Positions 20,306-29,075 of a stretch of DNA of 64,000 nucleotides are shown here, one piece after another. A model generated the notes under the pieces. The model had not been told where the DNA came from and searched no databases. It saw only the letters and a program-made list of their open reading frames with translations. Every line of letters starts with the position of its first letter. Positions within the stretch are counted from its first letter, which is position 1. The translations under genes and the position numbers were made by a program. Origin of the DNA: Candidatus Eiseniibacteriota bacterium (lineage in GTDB: Bacteria > Eisenbacteria > RBG-16-71-46 > CAVPCR01); assembly GCA_963823555.1 (NCBI GenBank), contig CAWGMA010000003.1:460506-524505 (forward strand). Reading direction: 5' to 3'.

Positions 20306-23275
20306 ATGCGTTTCTGGCCTCTTTCCACCCTGCCCCGAGTGAGTCTGGGCGTTGCCATGGCCCTGATCATGGGCGCGTCGGCGGTCCAGGCGGTCCAGCC
20401 CGAACCCGACGTCCAAGCCCTCGAGATTCCGCTTCCCGAATATGCCGCCGATCTGGCCCCCACCCATGTGACGGCGCGCGCGGCAGCTCAACGGGCGACC
20501 GCCGAGCTCGAAGGTGTATGGCAGGTCTATCGCTGGGACCGAGCGGCGGACACCCCCGCCTGGATCTATGGCACCGGGCTCGACTTGCCGGGCAGCGCCG
20601 GCGCGGATGATGCGGCGCTGGAGTCGATCGCACGCCAGTTCATCGACTCTCACCCAGGGATCTTCAAGGCCGTGGATACCGATCTCGTCCTCGACACGAT
20701 CGCCCGCGGTGCCGGCAAGGTCGGTGTCCACTTCATGCAGACCTATGCCGGGGTGCCCGTGGTCGGGGCGCGGGTGAGCCTGGTTCTCACTGATTCGGGG
20801 CGGCTCGCCGCTTTCGGGTCCGAGTTCCACTCGACGATCGAGCTCGATCCAGCGCCCGCGCTCACTGCGACCGCAGCCAGCCGGGCCGCGCAGAACGCAT
20901 TGCCCTTCAATCCCGCCGTGGATCGCATCGAGGGTGCACCCGAGCTCGTCGTGGTACCGGTGCCGCGCTTCGAGGGCGGCGCCACGTACCGGCTCGCCTG
21001 GCAGGTTCGCGTGACCACCACCGAGCCCTACGGCATCTGGCGAAGCTACGTGGATGCCGCGACCGGCCAGATCTTCTGGCGCGAGAACGAGGTCGAGCAG
21101 CTCTACTCGGGGGCCTCGACCGGTGATGTCGAGCGGCCCGGGTACTGCGACGGAGTCACTCCTGATTCGCCGTTCCGCAAGATGACGATCAACGTGAGCG
21201 GGGCCGGCAGCTCGGTCACCGACGCCGACGGCAACTTCTCGATTCCGGGGTCCGCCGGATCGCAGACCGTGACCGCGGCCTTCGACGGCCCCGAAGCCAA
21301 CATCAACAACCAGGACGGCCCCGACGCTTCGTTCTCGAGTCCGATCCAGCCCGACGTCCCGTTCTCCATGCTGTGGACGGACGCCAACTCCCACCCGGCG
21401 GAGCGGGATGTCTTCTTCTTCGTTAACGAGACCGATGCCTATCTCAAGACGGTCGATCCGACCTGGGATTACGCGAAGTACACGGTCAACGTGAACGTCA
21501 ACGCGGCCTGCAACGCCAACTGGTCCGGCACGACGATGAACTTCTTCCGGGAGCTGGGCGGCTGCGGCAACACCGGTCGCATCGGCGACGTCGTGGCGCA
21601 CGAGTTCGGCCACGGCGTGCAGTTCAGCCTCCTCGGGGACCAGGGCAACGAGGGGCTGGGCGAGGGCAATGGCGACATCATGGGCACGCTCATGTCCGAC
21701 GACAGCGTCATCGGCCGCGGGTTCAACCTGAACGTGTGCTCCTCGGGGATCCGCAACTGCGAGAACACGCTCGTCTATCCCACGCATGTGGTCGGGCAGC
21801 CGATTCACTCGGCGGGCCGCGTCATCTGCGGCTTCAACTGGGACATGTGGCAGGCGCTGACCGCCTCCCTCGGACCCGAGGCCGGGAAGGCCAAGACCGC
21901 CGAGCTCTGGCACTTCGCGCGCAAGGTGTTCCGGCCGGATGTGCAGCCGGATCAGGTGCTCGCCTACTTCGTGATCGACGATGACGACGCCAATCTCCTG
22001 AACGGCACACCGCACTACTCGGAGATCTGCGAAGGTGCGACCAACCACGGGTTCCCTTGTCCCGACACGGTGCCGGTCTATGTCGCGCACACGCCGCTGG
22101 CCGACACCCAGGACACCCAGAACCCGTACCCGGTCGTGGCCACCATCATCGCCTATGATGGGGCGCTGGAGCCGGATTCGCTCAGGGTCTACTACCGCTC
22201 GAACCTGGGCGCGTTCGGTTCGTCGCTGATGACGGCCACCGGCAACCCGGACGAGTTCGCCGGCTCGATTCCGGCCCAGCCGCTGGGCACGCTCGTCCAG
22301 TACTACATCGCCGCGGCCAACGACCTGGGCGAGCGCGTGACCAATCCCGATGGCGCCCCCACGGTTCTCCTGAGCTTCTTCGTGGGCACGCCGGGGGTCG
22401 CCGCGGTCGCCGACATGGAAACCGATCCGGGCTGGACGGTCGGTCCCAACACCGCCACCGGCGGCATCTGGGAGCGCGCCGATCCGGTCCAGGTGATCGT
22501 CTACGTCCAGGGCAATCCCAACTTCGCGCAGCCGCCCGATGATCACACTCCGGATCCCGGCGTCCTGTGCTGGATCACCGAGAACGGCGTGCCCGGGCAG
22601 CTCGGCGGGGCGACCGACGTCGACAACGGCTACACCACGCTGGCGACGGCGACCTACAATCTCGCCGGCGAGCCGTTCGCGCGGCTCTCTTTCTATCTCT
22701 TCTATACCAATCATCTCGGCGGCAACCCGGGAGAGGACGCGTTCGACGTCGACGTTTCGACGAACGGCGGGTCGACCTGGGTCAACATGATCTCCCGGCT
22801 TGGGCACACGAACAACGACTGGGAGAAGGTGCAGCTCGACATCACGAACTACGTGCCGCTCACCTCGACCATGAAGTTCCGTTTCGTGGCCCGCGACCTG
22901 GGCGGAGCCTCGCTCGTGGAAGCGGCCATCGATGACTTCCTGATCGAGGTGCTGCCGCAGACCCAGGGAGTGGCGCAGGAAGCGGGGGCTTCACCGCTCC
23001 GCTACGCGATCGCGCAGAACCGACCGAACCCCTTCAACCCGTCGACCGAGATCCGCTTCACGGCGGCCGCCGAGGCTCCGGTATCGCTCCGCGTCTATGA
23101 CGTGGAGGGCCGGGTCGTGCGTACCCTCGTCGACGGCGTGATGCCGGCCGGCGAGCACGTCGCGGTGTGGGACGGACGCGACGGGAACGGAGCGGCGGCC
23201 GCGTCAGGGATCTACTACTACAAGATCGAGGCCGGCGACTTCATGGCGACGCGGAAGATGGTGCTCGTGAAGTAA
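20306..23275 (+). CDS. Secreted thermolysin-like zinc metalloprotease (M4/M36-type gluzincin) with FTP/PepSY propeptide and T9SS C-terminal sorting domain
   Basis: 989 aa, signal peptide. N-terminal FTP/PepSY-like propeptide. HEFGH zinc motif with a downstream GEGNGDIMG Glu ligand. C-terminus PNPFNPSTEIRF...GIYYYKIEAGDFMATRKMVLVK is a Por_Secre_tail domain. Confidence 0.8.
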   Translation: MRFWPLSTLPRVSLGVAMALIMGASAVQAVQPEPDVQALEIPLPEYAADLAPTHVTARAAAQRATAELEGVWQVYRWDRAADTPAWIYGTGLDLPGSAGADDAALESIARQFIDSHPGIFKAVDTDLVLDTIARGAGKVGVHFMQTYAGVPVVGARVSLVLTDSGRLAAFGSEFHSTIELDPAPALTATAASRAAQNALPFNPAVDRIEGAPELVVVPVPRFEGGATYRLAWQVRVTTTEPYGIWRSYVDAATGQIFWRENEVEQLYSGASTGDVERPGYCDGVTPDSPFRKMTINVSGAGSSVTDADGNFSIPGSAGSQTVTAAFDGPEANINNQDGPDASFSSPIQPDVPFSMLWTDANSHPAERDVFFFVNETDAYLKTVDPTWDYAKYTVNVNVNAACNANWSGTTMNFFRELGGCGNTGRIGDVVAHEFGHGVQFSLLGDQGNEGLGEGNGDIMGTLMSDDSVIGRGFNLNVCSSGIRNCENTLVYPTHVVGQPIHSAGRVICGFNWDMWQALTASLGPEAGKAKTAELWHFARKVFRPDVQPDQVLAYFVIDDDDANLLNGTPHYSEICEGATNHGFPCPDTVPVYVAHTPLADTQDTQNPYPVVATIIAYDGALEPDSLRVYYRSNLGAFGSSLMTATGNPDEFAGSIPAQPLGTLVQYYIAAANDLGERVTNPDGAPTVLLSFFVGTPGVAAVADMETDPGWTVGPNTATGGIWERADPVQVIVYVQGNPNFAQPPDDHTPDPGVLCWITENGVPGQLGGATDVDNGYTTLATATYNLAGEPFARLSFYLFYTNHLGGNPGEDAFDVDVSTNGGSTWVNMISRLGHTNNDWEKVQLDITNYVPLTSTMKFRFVARDLGGASLVEAAIDDFLIEVLPQTQGVAQEAGASPLRYAIAQNRPNPFNPSTEIRFTAAAEAPVSLRVYDVEGRVVRTLVDGVMPAGEHVAVWDGRDGNGAAAASGIYYYKIEAGDFMATRKMVLVK

Positions 23276-23331
23276 GGCCATCCCCGGCCTGCTCGCCCCG
23301 ATCGGCGAACCTGAAAGGGGGCGGGCACCTT

Positions 23332-23380
23332 GACCAAGGGGGGGGATTCCACCCAGGGATCCCCCCTCTTGGTCTTTGTC
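23332..23380 (+). terminator. Rho-independent terminator after the metalloprotease gene
   Basis: 15-bp stem (gaccaagggggggga / tcccccctcttggtc, one G.U pair), 13-nt loop, then TTTGT. Confidence 0.65.
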
Positions 23381-23660
23381 GCGGGCATGATGCCGTGGCC
23401 AGGGTCGGCCCCACGGATTCGATCCGGTGACCCCGTGACACGCGATTGGAATCTGTGCTACAATTCAACTTGTGCGGAAGCTTGCTGCCCGGCGTACACG
23501 TGAAGCGAGCTTCGTCGAGTCACCGCCCGAACCGCCCTTCCGCGAGGCGGCGACCGCCAACCTGCAACCTGGGTGCGCAGCAGAGGAACGGTTGGCCTGG
23601 ACTCCCGTTCCTCCCAGCTTCCTCTCCGTGAACGCTTCATCAGGCGGAGGTTTGTATCTC

Positions 23661-24404
23661 ATGAAGACCGCGATCGCTCTCAGTCTGGGTCTATTCCTCG
23701 TCGTGCCGGCCTTCGCCGCAACCTTCGATGCCGGCCCAGCCGATGTTCCCCAGATCCCCTGGCCGACCCACGCGAGCGACACCGATTGCTCCTCGAACCA
23801 GGGCGCCGTCGTCAATGGCTCGCTCGGTATCAATGCCAATACGGCACCCGTCGTCCAGGGCCCCTGCATCCCGGGGGGCTCAGGTTCGCCGGCTGATCTC
23901 ATCGGATTTGCGTTCCCGGTCGTGAGCTGCCAGGACGGTTTCGTGAAGACCACGCGCGTCCAGTTCAACATCGCGGATGCCGGTGATCTGTGGCAGCTCT
24001 ACCTGTGGCGGGAGCAGGGCGGCATCCCGCTCGACGCCTGCGGCCTCGAGTGCGGCGTGGCCACTCCGCTCACGATCCCGGCGGTCGGCCCGGTCGTGGT
24101 CTCCCACGACTGGACCCAGCAGCAGTGCCCCTGCCTCACCTTCAACGGCGAGCGCATCCATATCGGCACCGTGTATGTGAACGTCGCTCTCACGGTTGCC
24201 GACTGGTACGTGGGCCGCGAGAACAGCCCCTTCGGCGCCGGCTTCGGCTACGGCAACCTGTCCGGCGACCACGACGACTGGCAGGATCTGGACCTGTTCG
24301 GATTCGGCAACCACTGGGGCGTCGAGAACATCATCGGCACCGAGTGCGGCACGGTTCCGGTCGAGTCGACCACCTGGGGCACCGTGAAGACGCTGTACGA
24401 ATAA
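23661..24404 (+). CDS. Cys-rich secreted hypothetical protein
   Basis: Signal peptide MKTAIALSLGLFLVVPAFA, about 10 Cys, no recognisable catalytic motif. Start chosen at the ATG preceded by GGAGG; the longer ORF from 23472 is non-coding-like. Confidence 0.55.
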   Translation: MKTAIALSLGLFLVVPAFAATFDAGPADVPQIPWPTHASDTDCSSNQGAVVNGSLGINANTAPVVQGPCIPGGSGSPADLIGFAFPVVSCQDGFVKTTRVQFNIADAGDLWQLYLWREQGGIPLDACGLECGVATPLTIPAVGPVVVSHDWTQQQCPCLTFNGERIHIGTVYVNVALTVADWYVGRENSPFGAGFGYGNLSGDHDDWQDLDLFGFGNHWGVENIIGTECGTVPVESTTWGTVKTLYE

Positions 24405-24535
24405 CCGACTTATCGCATAGAGACTGGGGTCCAAGCGTTCGCGAGGATGCTCGAGCCCAGTAGCGAGCCCCCCGGCGGGAGCCGGGGGGCTTCGCTGTTC
24501 TCAAGCGCCCGATGTCACGCTAAGCTCGTCCTGTC

Positions 24536-25684
24536 ATGACCGACCGATCTCCCATCTATCTCGATCACGCCTCGACCACCCCGCTCGATGCCCGGGTCGT
24601 CGAGCGCATGCGTCCCTTCCTGGGCCCCGAGTACGGCAACGAGGCGAGCAGCCATTTCCTGGGTCGGCGCGCCCATGACGCGGTCGAGGCGGCCCGATGC
24701 GAGGTCGCGGCCCTGATCGGTGCCTCCCCCGCGGAGATCGTATTCACCGGATCGGGAAGCGAGGCCGACAATCTCGCCCTCAAGGGAGTGGCGTTCTTCC
24801 ACAAGCTACGCGACGTTCACCTCGTGACGACCGCGATCGAGCATGACGCGGTGCTCAAGCCGGCGCGGAGTCTCGCCCGCCTCGGCATCGAGCTGACCGT
24901 GCTCGGGGTGGATGGGCTGGGGCTGGTCGATCCCGAGGATGTCCGTCGCGCGCTCCGGCCGGAGACTCGCCTGGTGTCGGTGATGCACGCCAACAACGAG
25001 GTGGGCACGCTCGAGCCCGTCGCCGAGATCGCGGCGATCACACGCGATCGTGACGTCCTCTTTCATGTCGATGCGGTGCAGACGGCCGGATTCCTGCCGG
25101 TCGACGTCGATGAGCTGGGTGTGGACCTGCTCACGCTCTCGGCGCACAAGCTCTACGGGCCGAAGGGGGTCGGGGCGCTCTATGTGCGGAAGGGGACGCG
25201 TCTCGTCCCTCTCATCGACGGTGGACCGCACGAGGAGGGGCTGCGCGCCGGCACGCTCAACGTGGCTGGAATCGTGGGCATGGGGGAAGCGGCGAGGCTC
25301 GCGCGGGAGGAACGCGAGGCGAGGCGAGCGCACGCCGCGGCGGTGCGGGACGCGCTCGCCACAGCGCTCGCCGACGCGGTGCCCCAGGCGGTGCGGAGCG
25401 CGTACCCGGCGCCGATGCTGCCCGGACATCTCCACCTGGTGATGCATCTCGGTCCGTCGGTCCCGCTTCTCGCCCATCTGAGCGCGCGCGGCATCGCCGC
25501 ATCCAGCGGTTCCGCCTGCACCTCGACCATCGCCAAGCCCTCGCATGTGCTGACGGCGATGGGGGTCGGCCCCGAGGCCGCGCTCTCGGCGCTGCGCCTC
25601 ACCACCGGACAGGCCGTCCGGCGCGAGGATGTCGCGGCGGTGGCGGAGGCCGTCACCGAGTATGCGGCTCAGGTGCGGCCGTGA
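24536..25684 (+). CDS. Cysteine desulfurase (NifS/IscS family, class V aminotransferase)
   Basis: 382 aa. N-terminal IYLDHASTTPLD, PLP-lysine motif SAHKLYGPKG, conserved C-terminal SSGSAC active-site Cys loop. Confidence 0.9.
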   Translation: MTDRSPIYLDHASTTPLDARVVERMRPFLGPEYGNEASSHFLGRRAHDAVEAARCEVAALIGASPAEIVFTGSGSEADNLALKGVAFFHKLRDVHLVTTAIEHDAVLKPARSLARLGIELTVLGVDGLGLVDPEDVRRALRPETRLVSVMHANNEVGTLEPVAEIAAITRDRDVLFHVDAVQTAGFLPVDVDELGVDLLTLSAHKLYGPKGVGALYVRKGTRLVPLIDGGPHEEGLRAGTLNVAGIVGMGEAARLAREEREARRAHAAAVRDALATALADAVPQAVRSAYPAPMLPGHLHLVMHLGPSVPLLAHLSARGIAASSGSACTSTIAKPSHVLTAMGVGPEAALSALRLTTGQAVRREDVAAVAEAVTEYAAQVRP

Positions 25685-26468
25685 GGCCGGGTGCCGGCTT
25701 CGCGTCCGGCTCGCCCTCGAGCCGTAGCGCGCCCGCGAGCCCGTGGCAGGTGGAAACCGTGGCGACGACCGCGTAGGCGACGCCCGTCCGCGTCATCCCG
25801 GCGCTCTTCCCGAGCGCGATCGCCTCGCGGGCCAGGTCGGCGAGCGGGATCGTGCCCACCCCGAACGCCTCGTGCAGGCATTGGAGGACGTGCACGCTCG
25901 CCACGGCCTGTGTTCTCTCCCTCAGGTGGTTCGCCACGGCCCGGCCCATGTTCCAGGAGAGCGGCGCTGCGATGGCAGGGCAGGTGCGCGGCTCGATGCA
26001 GTTCACCGGGCAGACCCAGGTGGCGAAGGATAGGGCGAAGCTTCCGTTCTCGAGATCGCGCCTGAACGGGGTCGCGATCGCACCCAGGAGCCCACGCGCC
26101 TCCTCGGCGCCGGCGCGCACGGCCCGGGGGGCTGCCACCCGGCGTAGCGCTTCGAGCATGATGTGCGAGGCGAAGGGAGAGGGCACGATGCGGCCGGTCA
26201 CCGGTTCTCCCGCGGCGACACGGGAGACCGCCGCGGGCAGGATCGTGCTCAGGTGATCCGCCCAGTCGGCGACCTCGATCTCGACTCGCGGGTCCTGCAC
26301 CTCACGCGCCACTCGACAGCTCGGATCGCGATCGATGATGACGATGCGAGCCACCGGGCCGCCGGCACGATCGGCGTAGCGGAGGAGCTGGCGGGTGTAG
26401 AAGGTCCCGAAGCAACCGCCGCCGATGATCGTGTAGACAGCGGGGCCGGTGCGCGGCGAGTGGTTCAT
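25653..26468 (-). CDS. Hypothetical protein with N-terminal Rossmann dinucleotide-binding motif and Cys-rich segment, co-operonic with queG
   Basis: 271 aa starting MNHSPRTGPAVYTIIGGGCFGTFY. CPVNCIEPRTCP motif. Its start overlaps the queG stop by 4 bp (ATGA). It is the C-terminal part of the 731-aa composite ORF. Confidence 0.55.
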   Translation of the reverse strand: MNHSPRTGPAVYTIIGGGCFGTFYTRQLLRYADRAGGPVARIVIIDRDPSCRVAREVQDPRVEIEVADWADHLSTILPAAVSRVAAGEPVTGRIVPSPFASHIMLEALRRVAAPRAVRAGAEEARGLLGAIATPFRRDLENGSFALSFATWVCPVNCIEPRTCPAIAAPLSWNMGRAVANHLRERTQAVASVHVLQCLHEAFGVGTIPLADLAREAIALGKSAGMTRTGVAYAVVATVSTCHGLAGALRLEGEPDAKPAPGLTAAPEPHTR

Positions 26469-27616
26469 GGGTCGTTTCTCCGCGCCACGGCGCCGCTGAC
26501 TCTCTCGAGCGCCATCTCGATCTCGGCCCGTGCCGCGGCATCCTCCTCGCTGGCCGCGCGCCGGGCGAGGAGCGCGCGGTCCGCACGCTCCCCCCGCCGT
26601 TCGAGCCCCCATGCCGCATGGGCCCGGACCAGCGGCTCCCGGTGCTCGAGCCCGAGCCGGAGCGCTGGGCCGGCATCCCCGGTCGTGGCATTGCCGAGCG
26701 CCACCATCACGTTGCGCAGGAACCCCGCGTAGCGCGGCGCGGCGCAGGTTGGAACCGCGCGTGCGGTCGGCGAACTCTTCCGGCCCCAGCCGCGCCAGAT
26801 CGGCGAGACGTGGGGTCGACATGCCCCGGACGCGGCGCATAGGCAGGATCTGCGCTCGGCCGCGCAAACTTGTTCCAGGGGCAGACGTCCTGGCAGACGT
26901 CGCAGCCGAAGATCCAGTCGCCCATCGCCGTGCGCGAGCTCGCGCGGGATCGGACCGCGATGCTCGATCGTGAGGTAGGAGATGCAGCGGCGTGAGTCGA
27001 CGACAGTGGGGGCGACGATGGCGCCGGTCGGGCAGGCATCGATGCAACGCGTGCAGGTTCCGCAGTGGTCGGTGGCCGGTGGATCGGGCTCGAGCTCCAC
27101 GTCGAGGAGGATCTCGGCGAGGAAGAACCAGGAGCCGTGGCCGCGCCGGATCACGTTGGCGTGCTTTCCGACCCAGCCCACACCGGCGGCGTGCGCCCAC
27201 GCCTTCTCGAGCACGGGGCCGGTGTCGACATAGGGATGAACGTCGATTCCGGAGCGAGCCGCGACCAATCGCGCGCTGAGCCGGCGCAGCTGCCGGCCGA
27301 TCTCCCGGTGATAGTCGCCGCCCCATGCATAGCGCGAGATGCGGCCGGCGCCCGGAGTCGGTTCGTGGCGCGCGGGGTGATCGTAGTTGACGGCGAGCGA
27401 GACCACCGTGCGCGTCCCCGGCCGCACGCGCCGCGGATCGCGCCGTCGCGCGGGATCGCGGGCCAGCCAGGCCATGGTGCCGTGATAGCGCCGGGCGAGC
27501 CATGACTCCAGTCCGGCGCGCTCGCCGAGATCCGTGGCCAGGGCGAACCCGACCGCCGAGAATCCCTCTTCCAGCGCCAGTCCCCGGATCGCCGACTTCA
27601 GTCGATGACCGATCAT
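26465..27616 (-). pseudogene. queG: Epoxyqueuosine reductase QueG, disrupted by three +1 frameshifts (about 26725, 26825, 26929) in this sequence
   Basis: N-terminal part ([32 protein letters not shown]) in one frame. [21 protein letters not shown] in a second. [33 protein letters not shown] in a third. [12 protein letters not shown] plus HEAT repeats back in the first. All QueG sequence is present, only the frame is broken. Confidence 0.8.
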
Positions 27617-27698
27617 GGCGGCATTCTAGCAAGGCGTGGTATGCTCCCATGCGCTCGGAGTTTTCCCTCTGGAAGTCCCTCCTGTGAGGTCGGTTCCG

Positions 27699-28714
27699 GT
27701 GATCATTCTCGGCATCGAGACATCGTGCGACGACACGTCGGCGGCGGTGGTCAACGACGAGTTCGCGATCCTCTCGAACGTGGTCGCGTCGCAGGAGGAT
27801 CACGCCGCCTTCGGAGGGGTCGTTCCCGAGCTGGCCTCGCGCGCCCATACGCGTCTCGATCGTCCCCGTGGTGCGCCTCGCCCTCGACGCGCGCCGGCCA
27901 TTCGCTCGATTCGATCAACGGGGTCGCCGTCACCTATGGCCCGGGCTTGCTCGGATCGCTCCTGGTCGGGGTGAGCATGGCCAAGGCGCTCGCCTACGGA
28001 GCCGGGCTACCGCTCGTCGGTGTCAATCACCTCGAAGGGCACTTGTGGTCGGCGCTGCATGTCGAGCCCACGCTGCTCTCATTGCCTTTCCTTGCCCTCA
28101 TCGCCTCCGGCGGGCATTCCGAGATCGTGCTCGTGAAGAGCTTCGAGGACTACGACCATCTGGGCGGTACGCAGGACGATGCTGCGGGCGAGGCCTTCGA
28201 CAAGGTGGCCAAGCTGCTCGGTCTCGGCTATCCCGGGGGGCCGGAAGTCGAACGGCTCGCGCGCGAGACGAACGGGAGCGGGACTCTTTCCTTTCCCATC
28301 GCATCGACCGATGGGCGGTACGACCTGAGCTTCTCCGGACTCAAGACCGCCGTGCGCCAGCACCTGATCAGCCGCCCGCCCACGACGGACGCCGAACGCG
28401 CCGCCGTGGCTTTCGCTTTCCAGGAAGCCGTCACCCTGGCTCTCTCTTCCCGCGTCCTGAGCGCGCTCGATGACCATCCGGTCGAGCATGTGGTCCTCTG
28501 CGGCGGCGTGGCGCGCAACGGACGGCTGCGTTCCCATCTCGGCGATGTTCTCGGAAAGCGACATGTCCACCTCATCGTGCCCCCGGCCGAGCTCTGCACG
28601 GACAACGCCGCGATGATCGGGTTCGTCGGGTCGCTCCTCCTGAAGAGCGGCCGTCGCGCGCCGATGGCGCTCGCTGCCGCCGCCAGCCTGGAAGAGGCGG
28701 GCTGGAAGGTCTAG
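27699..28714 (+). CDS. tsaD: tRNA N6-adenosine threonylcarbamoyltransferase TsaD, carrying two 1-bp insertions (about 27858 and 27892) in this sequence
   Basis: GTG start [18 protein letters not shown]. ...ASRAHTRL in frame 0, [11 protein letters not shown] in frame +1, [18 protein letters not shown]...GGVARN... in frame +2 to 28714. Conserved Kae1/TsaD blocks throughout. Confidence 0.85.
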
Positions 28715-28850
28715 CCGCCGCCTTTCGCGCTTGAGTCCGCCTGCGTTCGAGCCGATCTCTTGGTCGACGCTTGTTACCGGGATCGAGCGCGCCGGGCGGT
28801 TCCGACGCGGCCGCTTCCGGCATGCACGGCTGCAGGCGGTCCAGCGCAGT

Positions 28851-28868
28851 TTGCAGTGGGTACTGCAA
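28851..28868. promoter_or_regulatory. Palindrome TTGCAGTgggtACTGCAA, candidate enhancer-binding-protein site
   Basis: Perfect 7-bp inverted repeat with a 4-nt spacer, about 110 bp upstream of the sigma54-like promoter. Several additional TGCA half-sites nearby. Confidence 0.4.
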
Positions 28869-28967
28869 TCTGCATGAGGATCGCGGTCGCCAGAGGGGCC
28901 GGCCTCCCGCGCCGCCAGCCAACACGTTGCTGCGAAGCGGACTAGGTTCGACCGCCACCCCTCCGCC

Positions 28968-28982
28968 TGGCACGCAAGTTGC
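28968..28982 (+). promoter_or_regulatory. sigma54-type (-24/-12) promoter TGGCAC-N5-TTGC upstream of the REC-GGDEF gene
   Basis: cTGGCACgcaagTTGCc has exact GG/GC spacing of the RpoN consensus. About 95 bp upstream of the ATG at 29076. Confidence 0.55.
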
Positions 28983-29075
28983 CCCTCCATCGCCTGCAAG
29001 GCGTGGCCCAAGCGTCACCTCGTCTGAATTGCCGCACACGTCGGCCGCGACCACCAGTGGAGCACAGCCCGAGTC

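Noticed and set aside
20084-22807. 907-aa ORF antisense to the metalloprotease gene
   Set aside because: Typical high-GC antisense open frame (Arg/Gly/Ala/Pro-rich, no motifs). The plus-strand gene has clear protease and T9SS C-terminal domains.
23440-23470. TTGGAA ... TACAAT promoter-like boxes upstream of the Cys-rich protein gene
   Set aside because: The spacer is only 7 nt, incompatible with a sigma70 -35/-10 pair. Could be coincidence in the only moderately AT-rich patch.
25653-27848. 731-aa minus-strand ORF spanning the nifS end to tsaD
   Set aside because: It is a composite. Its C-terminal 271 aa are a real gene (25653-26468). The remainder is frame Z of frameshifted queG plus GC-rich read-through, and most of its translation is Arg/Ala/Pro-rich with no recognisable domain.
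28935-28965. tRNA-like GGTTCGA T-loop motifs (here and at 33893-33905)
   Set aside because: No flanking complementary stems for a T-arm, acceptor stem or anticodon arm could be found. No tRNA cloverleaf is supportable.
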